Positions 18,763 to 28,453 of a stretch of 39,670 nucleotides of DNA are shown here, in pieces. Each line of letters opens with the position of its first letter. Position 1 is the stretch's first letter. A program made the translations under genes and the position numbers. Origin of the DNA: an uncultured Chitinophaga sp. (GTDB lineage Bacteria; Bacteroidota; Bacteroidia; NS11-12g; UBA9320); NCBI GenBank assembly GCA_964355045.1, contig CAYHCM010000004.1:16474-56143 (forward strand), written 5' to 3'. Under the pieces are notes generated by a model. That model did no database searches. It saw only the letters and a program-made list of their open reading frames with translations, and was not told where the DNA came from.

Positions 18763-19230
18763 ATGAATTTTAAATATTCCTCAATGATTATGATGGCATG
18801 CTTAGCAATTTTATTTGCCTGTAATGAGAATGCCAAAACCGTAGATGCAAACATTATTGAAAACCCCTCATCGGCCAACAATCCTGAAGCAAAAGGAACA
18901 TTACCTGTAATGACATTTACAAAAACTACTTTTGAATTTGGTAACCTTACTGAAGGCGACTTAGTAGAACACTTGTACCATTTTAAAAATACCGGAAATA
19001 AGGCGTTATTAATTTCGGATGTAAAGGCCGAATGTGGGTGTACGGTTCCGGTTTGGCCCCGTGAACCTATAATGCCAAATCAGGAAAGTGATATAAAAAT
19101 TCAGTTTAACAGCAGTGGCAAATCAGAAAATATAAATAAAAAGGTAACTATTTTTGCAAACACCGACCCGGTAGAAACCATATTGACTTTTACAGCTTAT
19201 GTAAAAAAACGACCTGAAGGGAAGTATTGA
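18763..19230 (+). CDS. DUF1573 domain lipoprotein
   Basis: Lipobox LFAC; FKNTG..L.I..V.AECGCT motif. Confidence 0.9.
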   Translation: MNFKYSSMIMMACLAILFACNENAKTVDANIIENPSSANNPEAKGTLPVMTFTKTTFEFGNLTEGDLVEHLYHFKNTGNKALLISDVKAECGCTVPVWPREPIMPNQESDIKIQFNSSGKSENINKKVTIFANTDPVETILTFTAYVKKRPEGKY

Positions 19231-19343
19231 GGGATTTGAAACTGGAAATTTGAAATTAGAAACAAGCCCCATGTAATTTCTAATCGGGAATCAGTAAATG
19301 GGAATTAATATTAAAATAATTTAAAACAAATAAAAAATAAATA

Positions 19344-19646
19344 ATGCAAACAATTTTATTAGCAAGTTCAGGCACAATCAACATGGTAATGATACTACTC
19401 ATGTTTGTGGTCATGTATTTTTTCATGATATTACCACAAATGAAAAAAGGAAAAGCCCAAAAGAAATTTTGGAGCGAAATGAAAAAAGGGGATCACATAA
19501 TTACTTCAGGAGGTATTCATGGCAAAATTATTGACCTTAAAGATACCATTGTAGTAATAGAAACCGAAGGAGGAGGAAAATTAAAAATTGAAAAATCGGC
19601 TATTTCACACGAAATGAGTCTGGCTTCGGCTAAACCGGCAGCATAA
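19344..19646 (+). CDS. yajC: Preprotein translocase subunit YajC
   Basis: YFFMILPQ...KKGDHIITSGGIHG. Confidence 0.95.
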   Translation: MQTILLASSGTINMVMILLMFVVMYFFMILPQMKKGKAQKKFWSEMKKGDHIITSGGIHGKIIDLKDTIVVIETEGGGKLKIEKSAISHEMSLASAKPAA

Positions 19647-19680
19647 TTTTTTTTATAAATTTTTTATAAACAATCAACTC

Positions 19681-20301
19681 ATCAAAATTCATTTAAAAAT
19701 TGGAGTTACCGGCGGGATCGGGAGTGGCAAATCAACAGTCTGCCGCATTTTTGAGCAATTAAAAATTCCAATTTATTATGCTGATGTTCGGGCTAAAACT
19801 TTCATGCAGGAAGACCCTGATTTGAAAAAACAAATCAGAAAATATTTTGGTTGGGATTCATACGATGAAAAAGACCAATTGGATAGATCATATCTGGCCA
19901 AAATAGTTTTTAACAATACCGAAAAACTAAATATTCTTAATTCATTGGTTCATCCGTTAATATTTGACGATTTTCGCACCTGGGCATCAAAACAAGTGGA
20001 TTATCCCTATTCAATTAAGGAAGCCGCACTGATGTTTGAAACTGACAGTTTTAAGGAACTTGATAAAATCATTGTTGTGACAGCCCCCATAAACATGCGA
20101 TTGGAAAGAGTAGGGCAACGCGATAATGTAAAACAAGACGATGTGCTAAAACGGATGGAAAACCAGATGAGCGACAGGGAACGAATAGCCAAAGCTGATT
20201 TTGTATTGAAAAATGACGGAAAATCATCCTTAATAAATCAGGTATTGGAATTGCATCATCATTTTTTGGATTTGCAAAATAAAATGGAAAAAGCAATTTA
20301 A
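19681..20301 (+). CDS. coaE: Dephospho-CoA kinase (start codon non-canonical or uncertain)
   Basis: In-frame IKIHLKIGVTGGIGSGKST P-loop upstream of the track's ATG at 19804; also LNSLVHP and EAALMFE. Confidence 0.9.
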   Translation: MKIHLKIGVTGGIGSGKSTVCRIFEQLKIPIYYADVRAKTFMQEDPDLKKQIRKYFGWDSYDEKDQLDRSYLAKIVFNNTEKLNILNSLVHPLIFDDFRTWASKQVDYPYSIKEAALMFETDSFKELDKIIVVTAPINMRLERVGQRDNVKQDDVLKRMENQMSDRERIAKADFVLKNDGKSSLINQVLELHHHFLDLQNKMEKAI

Positions 20302-20315
20302 TTTGCATAGTGAAA

Positions 20316-20822
20316 ATGGCCGACAAACGAACCATCATATTAACCCATGACCAGATACAAAACAAAATGCAACGCATGGCCTGGGAGATATATGAGAACA
20401 ACCATTTGGCCCATCAACTTATTTTGATAGGAATAGCCGAAAACGGGAATCATATAGCTGGTGGAATAGGAAAAATTCTTTCAAAAATTTCAAAAATAAA
20501 GATAGAAACCGGCCGCATTGATTTGGACAAGACAAAAGGATTTGATTCGGAAATTGAGCTTACTTGCAATGTGAAACTAAAAGGTGAAACCGTAATAATA
20601 GTGGACGATGTGATGAACAGCGGCAAAACAATGTTGGCCGCTCTTCGCGAAATTATTGATCAAAAACCTGCTAAAATTCAAACGGCTGTAATGGCCAATC
20701 GAAATCATAAGGCTTTTCCGGTAAAGGCTGACATTGTAGGAATTTCATTGGCCACCACGTTGCAGGAACATATTTGGTTTGCCATAGAACCGCAAGATAA
20801 AATGGTTGTTTTTTTAACTTAG
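20316..20822 (+). CDS. Phosphoribosyltransferase, PyrR-like
   Basis: RMAWEIYE, PRPP motif IIVDDVMNSGKT, RNHKAFPVKAD. Confidence 0.85.
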   Translation: MADKRTIILTHDQIQNKMQRMAWEIYENNHLAHQLILIGIAENGNHIAGGIGKILSKISKIKIETGRIDLDKTKGFDSEIELTCNVKLKGETVIIVDDVMNSGKTMLAALREIIDQKPAKIQTAVMANRNHKAFPVKADIVGISLATTLQEHIWFAIEPQDKMVVFLT

Positions 20823-20859
20823 GTTAATTTTAATTTACTTTGTATCTTAATCACAAATC

Positions 20860-21291
20860 ATGAAAACATCAAGCAAATTTTTAATACTAATAGCAGGCCT
20901 GTTGGCCTTAACCCTTCAAAATTGTCAGAATTGCGACGATTGCTCAATTACCCCTGCACCAAAACAGGTTAGCGTGGTAAACAGTTCAGGAAAAGATTTG
21001 ATGTTCGGAGCCTCCCCGGTTTATAATCCTGATAATATTGTTATAAAAAATAATTTGGGTGAAACCGTTGAATTCTTCGCTAATGCATCTAATACAAGCC
21101 TGGATTTTACTTTTACAACATCAGCCAATACCTATTTTATTAAATTGAATACAACAGATACCGATACCATTTTGTTTGGATATGGCAAAGACAAACACAT
21201 TGATTGCTGCAATGAATTTGATGTAACGGCATCAACTACTGTCAACGGTAAATCGGTGAGTAATGATGATAAAATTACGATTGTAAAATAA
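20860..21291 (+). CDS. Hypothetical Cys-rich lipoprotein
   Basis: Signal peptide followed by CQNCDDC; DCC near the C-terminus. Confidence 0.75.
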   Translation: MKTSSKFLILIAGLLALTLQNCQNCDDCSITPAPKQVSVVNSSGKDLMFGASPVYNPDNIVIKNNLGETVEFFANASNTSLDFTFTTSANTYFIKLNTTDTDTILFGYGKDKHIDCCNEFDVTASTTVNGKSVSNDDKITIVK

Positions 21292-21310
21292 GAACAGAAT
21301 TTGCAAATTC

Positions 21311-23107
21311 TTAGCTTGAAAAATACTCCATCAAAACTTTTGCCCTCACTTTTCCAACTACTTTTTCCAAAGCTTCTACTGATTGCATTTTCAAATTTTT
21401 AATACTTTTGAAATTCTTTAATAAAAGTTTGGCGGTTTCTTCACCTATACCTTTTATTTGGGTTAGTTCGGTGCCAAGGCTGCCTTTACTGCGGCGGTTG
21501 CGGTGGTTGATAATTCCAAAGCGATGGGCTTCATCACGCAGTTGCTGAATTATTTTTAAGGTCTCCGATTTTTTATCAATGTAAAGGGGGAGGGGGTCTT
21601 CAGGATAATAGAGTTCTTCCAACCGTTTGGCAATGCCGATGACGGCAAATTTTCCATAAACCCCAACCTGTTTCATGGCTTCCACCGATACACTCAATTG
21701 GCCTTTTCCTCCGTCAATAATCACCAAATCGGGGAGGGGTTGGTTTTCATCCAACAGCCTTTTGTAGCGGCGGGTTATCACTTCGTACATAGTGGCAAAA
21801 TCATCGGGTCCAACAACAGTTTTAACATTAAAAATGCGATATTCTTTTTTGGATGGTTTGCCATCTCTGAAAACCACACAGGTCGAAACGGGGTAATTTC
21901 CCTGAATATTAGAATTATCAAAACACTCAATATATTTGGGCTGTACTTTTAATTTCAAATCCTGCTGCATTTGATCCATCAGGCGATTTATTCTCAGTTC
22001 CGGGTCCAGTTTATCGTATTGTTCCAGTTTTTCTTTTTTGAAATGAAGCAAATTGACCATGCTAATTTCTAAAAGTTTTAATCTGTCGCCGGCTTTGGGC
22101 ATTGTATATTTAAGAGATTCATCCTTAATTTCAATTGCTATTGGAATAATTACTTCTTTGGCAGTACTTCTGTATCGGTCGCGAAGTTCTACGATGGCAT
22201 GTTCCAAAATTTCATTATCGGTTTCGTCTAATACTTTTCGGTATTCAATAGTTTGCGTTTGGATAATCATTCCATTCACAATTTTAAGATAATTTACAAA
22301 GGCAAATTGTTGGGAGCTACTTATATTAAAAACATCTACATTCGTAATAGTAATACTTACGACCGTAGTTTTTCCCTGATAATTTTCAAGTTTTTCCAAT
22401 TTATTTTTAAACAGTGCAGCTTGTTCAAAATGCATAGACCTGGAGGCCTCACCCATTTTTTGCTTTAAATGATTTTTAACTTCTCCCAGATTCCCACGCA
22501 AAATATTTTTAATACTTTTAATGGATTCCATGTATTCTTTCTCGGTTTCATATCCTTCGCAAGCCCCGCGGCAATTGCCAATCTGGTATTCCAAACACAC
22601 CTTAAATTTATGAGCATCAATATTTTTTTCACTCAATACATAATTGCAATTTCGGATAGGGTAGAGGCGCTTTACCAAATCTAAAACAATATGCATAATA
22701 TAGGGTGACGAAAAAGGACCAAAATATTCAGAACCATCTTTTACAGGGTTTCGCATGGCATATACTTTTGGAAACCGTTCGTTGGTAATGCGGATAACCG
22801 GAAACGATTTATCATCTTTGAGGCTGATATTATAGCGTGGCCGGTATTCTTTTATTAGGCTGTTTTCCAATAGCAGAGCGTCAATCTCGGTTTTTACAAC
22901 CATAAATTCTATTTGATTAATTTTAGAAACAAGAACCTCGGTTTTGCGGTTTTCGAAATATTGTTTCGTAAAATAACTGCTGACTCTTTTTTTTAAATTT
23001 TTGGCTTTGCCGATATAAAGAATAGAACCCGTATTATCAAAATACTTATAAATTCCCGGCAGGTCGGGGAGGTTGGTGATGATTTCTTTGAGGGATTCGG
23101 GTTTCAA
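21311..23107 (-). CDS. uvrC: Excinuclease ABC subunit C (likely TTG start at 23107)
   Basis: GIY-YIG (PGIYKY...YIGKAKNL), ECFDNSN, IDGGKGQ, RDEAHRF, HhH. Confidence 0.97.
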   Translation of the reverse strand: MKPESLKEIITNLPDLPGIYKYFDNTGSILYIGKAKNLKKRVSSYFTKQYFENRKTEVLVSKINQIEFMVVKTEIDALLLENSLIKEYRPRYNISLKDDKSFPVIRITNERFPKVYAMRNPVKDGSEYFGPFSSPYIMHIVLDLVKRLYPIRNCNYVLSEKNIDAHKFKVCLEYQIGNCRGACEGYETEKEYMESIKSIKNILRGNLGEVKNHLKQKMGEASRSMHFEQAALFKNKLEKLENYQGKTTVVSITITNVDVFNISSSQQFAFVNYLKIVNGMIIQTQTIEYRKVLDETDNEILEHAIVELRDRYRSTAKEVIIPIAIEIKDESLKYTMPKAGDRLKLLEISMVNLLHFKKEKLEQYDKLDPELRINRLMDQMQQDLKLKVQPKYIECFDNSNIQGNYPVSTCVVFRDGKPSKKEYRIFNVKTVVGPDDFATMYEVITRRYKRLLDENQPLPDLVIIDGGKGQLSVSVEAMKQVGVYGKFAVIGIAKRLEELYYPEDPLPLYIDKKSETLKIIQQLRDEAHRFGIINHRNRRSKGSLGTELTQIKGIGEETAKLLLKNFKSIKNLKMQSVEALEKVVGKVRAKVLMEYFSS

Positions 23108-23285
23108 TGAAGGGGAAATTTGAAATTGGAAAATTGAAATTTTAGTTCTGTCACAAATGTCTATTCTGCCACCAAAACACAAAAATCACAAAATTTTGCT
23201 AAAATTATTATTTTTGCATTTAAGCGTTAGGGCATGGACACCATACCAATTTCAAAACAGATAACTTTTATTCTTAGCATTAAAA

Positions 23286-23439
23286 TCGACAGATTCACAG
23301 ATTAAAAATTTTTTCAGATTAAATCAGATTAAAAAATAGTTCCTATTTTTTGTCGTAAAAGTATTTTTCACAATGACAAATTTTAATTTGTCCTATCTGA
23401 TTTAATCCCTTGTTAATTTTTAATCTGAGAATCTGTGGC
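23286..23439. mobile_element. ~154-bp MITE-like or structured element, copy 1
   Basis: Terminal inverted repeats ACAGATTCACAGATTAAAAATT / AATTTTTAATCTGAGAATCTGTGGC; homologous to 38471-38623. Confidence 0.75.
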
Positions 23440-23545
23440 ATAATTTAGTTATTTGGTAGGTTTTTGGTTTATCAATATGTTGTCTCCCAATGGTGAGATT
23501 AAACTTGGATCTTAATTTTTGTAATTTGGAATTTGGAATTTCCAA

Positions 23546-24106
23546 TCAGACCGTCATAATATCCTTCTCCTTTTCCACCACCAATTCATCTACTTTTTTT
23601 ATAAAACTATCTGTTATTTTTTGAATATCCGCTTCGCCATCTTTGGCCAAATCTTCACTCAGGCCTTCTTTTTGAAGTTTTTTTATTTTTTCGATACTGT
23701 CTTTGCGGATATTTCGAATGGCAATTTTTGAAGTTTCCGCCTCATGTTTTACCTGTTTTACCAATCCAATTCTGCGCTCTTCGGTTAAGGGAGGAACGGC
23801 AATCATTATAATGGTTCCGTCATTTTGTGGATTTAACCCTAAGTTGGCGGCCATTATTGCTTTTTCTATCACCGGTATCATTGTTTTTTCCCATGGCTGA
23901 ACCACCAATGAACGAGCATCGGGCGTATTTACATTGGCTATTTGATTTAGAGGAACAATTGAGCCATAATATTCTACCATTACTCCGTCCAATACCGAAG
24001 GCATGGCTTTTCCGGCGCGTAATCTTGAAAACTCGATGCGGGCATGTTCAATGGATTTCTCCATGTGCTCACGGGTGTAGTTAGCTATTTCTTTAAGGTC
24101 GCTCAT
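23546..24106 (-). CDS. frr: Ribosome recycling factor
   Basis: RLRAGKA, VEYYG, GLNPQNDG, PPLTEERR, IRNIRKD. Confidence 0.97.
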   Translation of the reverse strand: MSDLKEIANYTREHMEKSIEHARIEFSRLRAGKAMPSVLDGVMVEYYGSIVPLNQIANVNTPDARSLVVQPWEKTMIPVIEKAIMAANLGLNPQNDGTIIMIAVPPLTEERRIGLVKQVKHEAETSKIAIRNIRKDSIEKIKKLQKEGLSEDLAKDGEADIQKITDSFIKKVDELVVEKEKDIMTV

Positions 24107-24122
24107 AGTTTAAAATTTTTGA

Positions 24123-24130
24123 CAAAAATA
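24123..24130 (-). promoter_or_regulatory. -7 promoter element (TATTTTTG) for frr
   Basis: TAnnTTTG ending 16 nt before the ATG. Confidence 0.6.
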
Positions 24131-24146
24131 AAGACAAACCTTTCAT

Positions 24147-24300
24147 AAATTACAAAATTCAATTATCAAATAACAAATAAATTACAAAAGTCAATAATCA
24201 AATTGCAAATCGCAGATTCATCATTACCAAAGTTTAAGAATAAAAATATATTAAATGATAAATAAATTCCAATTATCAAATAACAATATTATTACAAAAC
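24147..24300. repeat. Degenerate heptamer tract (AATnnCA-type)
   Basis: AAATTACAAAATTCAATTATCAAATAACAAATAAATT...; CAATTATCAAATAACAA occurs twice. Confidence 0.7.
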
Positions 24301-24322
24301 GAATATTTGGGGTAAATATCAT

Positions 24323-25300
24323 TCAATAATTCAACTGCACACTTATCAAACCCAAAATGAGTACAATAAACAAAAGATTTTTAAACCAGTCTATGCCCTT
24401 GTCGTCCTGAAAATAATTGGTGGCAAATACTGTAATTGGAATAACAGCTAATGCCATATTGTGCCAAAGATTTAATTCCTGAACCAGAACTACCAAAATG
24501 CCTGCCAGCCAAAGCAAGATAAATACACCGGCAAACCGTCGCGATTTATTACTGATTTTAGTACTCTTAAACTGAAAATGAAAAAAGGAAATTACAGAAA
24601 GGGCGGTCAAAATAATAAGAAGAAGATAGAACCTTTCCTGCCAGTGGTTGAAATTAAATCCTAAATTAATGGGTGTGAAGGTAAAAAATGACCAGAATAT
24701 TGTCAATTGTCCAATCAAATAATAAATACTTGCTGTAATAAACATGACCATAAATACCGAAAGCCCCATAATAACAATACTGTTGGTACTGAAAGAGTAA
24801 ATAATAAGTATTCCTATTAAAATAAATGGAAAATAATATATAGCCTCCTTACTTAGCAATAATGAAATACCTATAAGCGTACCAATATCAAGAAATAGCA
24901 TGCCCGGATTTTTTCCAATTTCCTGCAATCTCAGCATCCTGTCAATTATTAAAAGTAAAAAAAAATTAAGAAAAGAGGCTGGATTTAAATAAAACTGTTC
25001 ATTGTAAACCCCTGCCAACATTACATAAATAATAAATGGAAAGAACGATCGTTCCTTTATTACTTTATGATAATGGAGAAAATAAGTAAGAATACCGGCC
25101 TGCAAAAGTATAAAAGCCAATCCCAATACAATATCAAGATTTGGTATATGAGAGACCGTAAGTTTTAAAGAAGAAAATAAAGGTGTATAGGTTATTTGTG
25201 GAAAATCGGGAACAGGTTCAAAAAATATTTTCGACAAAATAAGAATAAACAACCCGATAATAATTCCTCCCAGGCTCTTGTTTCTTATACTCTGTATCAT
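24323..25300 (-). CDS. DUF6427-like polytopic membrane protein
   Basis: Hydrophobic 325-aa ORF with ~9-10 TM segments; family call from resemblance only. Confidence 0.6.
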   Translation of the reverse strand: MIQSIRNKSLGGIIIGLFILILSKIFFEPVPDFPQITYTPLFSSLKLTVSHIPNLDIVLGLAFILLQAGILTYFLHYHKVIKERSFFPFIIYVMLAGVYNEQFYLNPASFLNFFLLLIIDRMLRLQEIGKNPGMLFLDIGTLIGISLLLSKEAIYYFPFILIGILIIYSFSTNSIVIMGLSVFMVMFITASIYYLIGQLTIFWSFFTFTPINLGFNFNHWQERFYLLLIILTALSVISFFHFQFKSTKISNKSRRFAGVFILLWLAGILVVLVQELNLWHNMALAVIPITVFATNYFQDDKGIDWFKNLLFIVLILGLISVQLNY

Positions 25301-26835
25301 GGCTTAAACGAAATTTTTAATAGGGCAAACTTACGGTCTTTTAATACAGGAACAATAATTTTATCAGATGCAATTTGGCTGCCTTCACCCGGAATAATAA
25401 ACGCATTCATTTCATCGCCTTTGGCTATAATTTTTATTTCTTTTTGCCCACCCGTCAAAAAATTGGCCATTACAATATCTCCACCGGTAGCTATAGGATC
25501 GTTATAGATAATATTGATTGAATAAGGAGATGCTGATATAAAAACAGACCCAAGTATCCCGCCATCATTTACCGTATTTTGATTTTTGGTGACATAATTT
25601 TCCCAGGAAAGTTTGCCGATACTATCAAAATTTTGAATTAAAACATTTTCAAAGGTGTAAATATTTTTGCCTTGCGATGAGGGCACACCATTTATTATCA
25701 TTACATCCTGATCTTTTTGGGTATAAGTATTTTCACATATTTTTATATAACCTCCGTCTGTTCGGCAAATTACCTTTAACGGCTGATAAGTAAACGGTAA
25801 AAAACCATTATGAGCCTTGGCTTCGCCGGTCAGTTCTTTTAAAATAGGCTGTGAAAAAGGTTGCTTAATAAGCTTTTCAGTATCGTGTTGCAAATTTTTC
25901 CATTGATATGAAAAATTTCCTTCAAAGGCATTTTCTTCCGAAGAGGTATAAAAACCTGAAACCCCTTTTAAATCTTTAAAAAAATTATAGAAAAGTAGCG
26001 GCAGTTCCAAACTATGGGTAGAATCAAGAACCGGTTTAATAAAATTACTGTCGCCCGATTGTTCAATCAGAGTAAGGTGCAATTGGTTATATTTATTTTT
26101 TTTAGAAATGGCCAACAAGGTATATTGTAGATTTTTGTCAATTACCAAATCGCTTATTGTTTCTAAATTAAGGCTTGATTTTAACATAAATTGTCCCTTT
26201 GTATTCACTTCTAATTTTGAATTCATTGTGGAATATCGGCAAAGAATATTTTTTGAACCATTCAATTCATGGTTGAAAATAAAATAATTTTGATGATCAA
26301 AAGATGGTTTAATAATAAATTCAGGCTCAAAATTCCATTCGGTAACTTTGAATTGTAAAATGGTCGTTTCAGGTATCATGGTTTCAAAACTTCCGTTAAG
26401 ACAAGTTGCTATAATTTTATAGGAATTACTTTTTTTATCAAACACCTGTTTTATGAGCAATAAGCCAGTTTCATTGATATCGCAATAAAGTATCCGTGTG
26501 TTTTTCAATAAATAACTTTTACTGCTTTCAAAGCCCAAATTGTGCCTGTACCGTTCTAAAACTACAAACTTCGAAAGAAATTTATTGCGATGCCGCAAAA
26601 CATAAATGCCCGATTCATCTTCGCCTATTATGGTTGTAAAAATTGAATTTCCCCTGAGTTTTTGAGTATTGCTCCATTCCAGGGTTTGGGCTGATGCCGA
26701 TAGGCCAAGCATAATAAAAAGACCCAAGTTCCAAATTCCAAATCTCAAGTTCCAAGGGCTTCCAGCCAAACCTTTTTGAAATTTGATCCGCCGCAGGCGG
26801 ATTGAAAATCGAAATTTGAAACTTGAAATTTGCAC
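25297..26835 (-). CDS. Hypothetical secreted protein (start uncertain)
   Basis: Long ORF; SASA-Q signal cleavage site; beta-rich mature region with K.Q.TVNDGG motif. Confidence 0.75.
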   Translation of the reverse strand: MQISSFKFRFSIRLRRIKFQKGLAGSPWNLRFGIWNLGLFIMLGLSASAQTLEWSNTQKLRGNSIFTTIIGEDESGIYVLRHRNKFLSKFVVLERYRHNLGFESSKSYLLKNTRILYCDINETGLLLIKQVFDKKSNSYKIIATCLNGSFETMIPETTILQFKVTEWNFEPEFIIKPSFDHQNYFIFNHELNGSKNILCRYSTMNSKLEVNTKGQFMLKSSLNLETISDLVIDKNLQYTLLAISKKNKYNQLHLTLIEQSGDSNFIKPVLDSTHSLELPLLFYNFFKDLKGVSGFYTSSEENAFEGNFSYQWKNLQHDTEKLIKQPFSQPILKELTGEAKAHNGFLPFTYQPLKVICRTDGGYIKICENTYTQKDQDVMIINGVPSSQGKNIYTFENVLIQNFDSIGKLSWENYVTKNQNTVNDGGILGSVFISASPYSINIIYNDPIATGGDIVMANFLTGGQKEIKIIAKGDEMNAFIIPGEGSQIASDKIIVPVLKDRKFALLKISFKP

Positions 26836-26918
26836 TTTTGGAATTTTGAATTTTGAATTTTTACTTTAACCTTTTTACTTTAACCTTTATACTTTTTTTA
26901 CTTTAACCTTTTAACTTT
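26726..26918. repeat. Stacked heptamer tracts plus a GCA-triloop hairpin
   Basis: CAAGTTC/CAAATTC units; ATCCGCC-GCA-GGCGGAT at 26786-26802; GAAATTT, GAATTTT and TTTACTT/TAACCTT tracts. Confidence 0.8.
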
Positions 26919-26923
26919 GGGCC

Positions 26924-28453
26924 TTAAACCTTAATTCTCCGGCTTCGTTTAATAAAAAAATAGGATAAAATACCAAGCCCGATAATGGCAATGGCAAAAC
27001 GGCTTGTTTCCCATTTGGCTATGAGTAAATCAATTGAAATAGCACCTGCCAACACAATGTACAAAATTGGCAAAACCGGATAGAACAAGGTTTTATAAGG
27101 CCGTTCGGCATCCGGGCGTTTGCGTCGTAAAACAATAATTCCTCCAATAGTTACCACATAAAAAAGCAAAGAGGCAAATGTTACATAATCTAATAAAGCA
27201 TTATACGAACCGCTCAGGCAAAGCAAACTTGCCCAAACTCCCTGCATAATAATGGCATTCCCGGGAACGCTTCTTTTATTTAAAGTTCCTGCATCTTTAA
27301 AAAACAATTTATCTTTGGCCATGGCATAATACAATCTCGCTCCGGCCATTATCAGGCCATTGTTGCATCCAAAGGTAGAAACCATAATCATTACTGCCAT
27401 CATAATAACGGCAGCACTGCCAAATATAACCTCGGCTGCTGCTGCGCCAATTCTTCCCTCTTCAGCCCACATGGCGCCTCGTGCAAGGGCTGTTACACCA
27501 TCCGGATTTCCATCTACAGGCAGCAACATAAAATAAGCAACATTGGCCATAAAATATAGCAATACCACAATACCGGTGCCTATCATCAGGCTGTACGGAA
27601 TATTTCGTTGCGGGTTTTTTACTTCACCTGCGGTATAGGTAATATTGTTCCAGGCATCACAACTGAATAAGGAACCAACCATGGCTATCCCAATCACAAT
27701 AACCAACTGCCCGCCTTGTAACGTTTCTTTACTAATTCCTCCGATTTTAGAAAATGTTGTGGTTCGGGCATCCCAAAATTGCGACCAGTTATAAGCAAAA
27801 GCATCGCTGTTAATTCCAACATATATACCGGCGATAATTAAAAAAAGTAAGGATCCTATTTTGGCCACTGTAAAAATGCCCTGAACAATTTTGGCATTTT
27901 TTACACCCATCAAATTATTAACCGATAAAAGACCAATCAATAAAACCCCCACAAACTGTTGCGATGTGATTCCGACGTAATTAAACCAAACTGCCGATGG
28001 ATTGCTGCTTGTAAAATCCCTGATTTGAAAACTTAAATCCCATAAAATATTTGTATTGCTAATCCATGGAAAAATAACCCCCGAAAACTTGGCAAACGCA
28101 ATAGCCACCGCAGCTATAACTCCCGTTTGAACCACAAAAAAAGTAATTAGCCCAAATACAAAACCGGTTCCTTTTCCGTATGCCTCGGTCAAATACACAT
28201 ATTGCCCACCGGCTTTAGGAAACATACCGGCCAATTCGCCATACCCCAAAGCTGCCATCAAAGTAAGCACCCCGGTCAAAAGCCAAACAACCAATATCCA
28301 GCCGGGGGAGCCCAATTGTTGCGACATGGAGGCCGTTACAATAAAAATACCCGACCCTATCATTGAGCCGGCCACCAGCATACTGCTGTCGAACAATCCT
28401 AATTCTTTTTTAAATCCTGTAGTTTCTGCCATAATTTTAGATTGGTCAAACAT
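26924..28453 (-). CDS. APC-family amino acid permease
   Basis: GSMIGSGIF, ELAGMFPKAGGQYVYL, GEVKNPQRNIP, RPDAERPYK. Confidence 0.95.
   Translation of the reverse strand: MFDQSKIMAETTGFKKELGLFDSSMLVAGSMIGSGIFIVTASMSQQLGSPGWILVVWLLTGVLTLMAALGYGELAGMFPKAGGQYVYLTEAYGKGTGFVFGLITFFVVQTGVIAAVAIAFAKFSGVIFPWISNTNILWDLSFQIRDFTSSNPSAVWFNYVGITSQQFVGVLLIGLLSVNNLMGVKNAKIVQGIFTVAKIGSLLFLIIAGIYVGINSDAFAYNWSQFWDARTTTFSKIGGISKETLQGGQLVIVIGIAMVGSLFSCDAWNNITYTAGEVKNPQRNIPYSLMIGTGIVVLLYFMANVAYFMLLPVDGNPDGVTALARGAMWAEEGRIGAAAAEVIFGSAAVIMMAVMIMVSTFGCNNGLIMAGARLYYAMAKDKLFFKDAGTLNKRSVPGNAIIMQGVWASLLCLSGSYNALLDYVTFASLLFYVVTIGGIIVLRRKRPDAERPYKTLFYPVLPILYIVLAGAISIDLLIAKWETSRFAIAIIGLGILSYFFIKRSRRIKV

Noticed and set aside
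23108-23182. N-terminal extension of UvrC in the ORF track
   Set aside because: It runs through repeat DNA, and UvrC-like sequence begins at the TTG at 23107.
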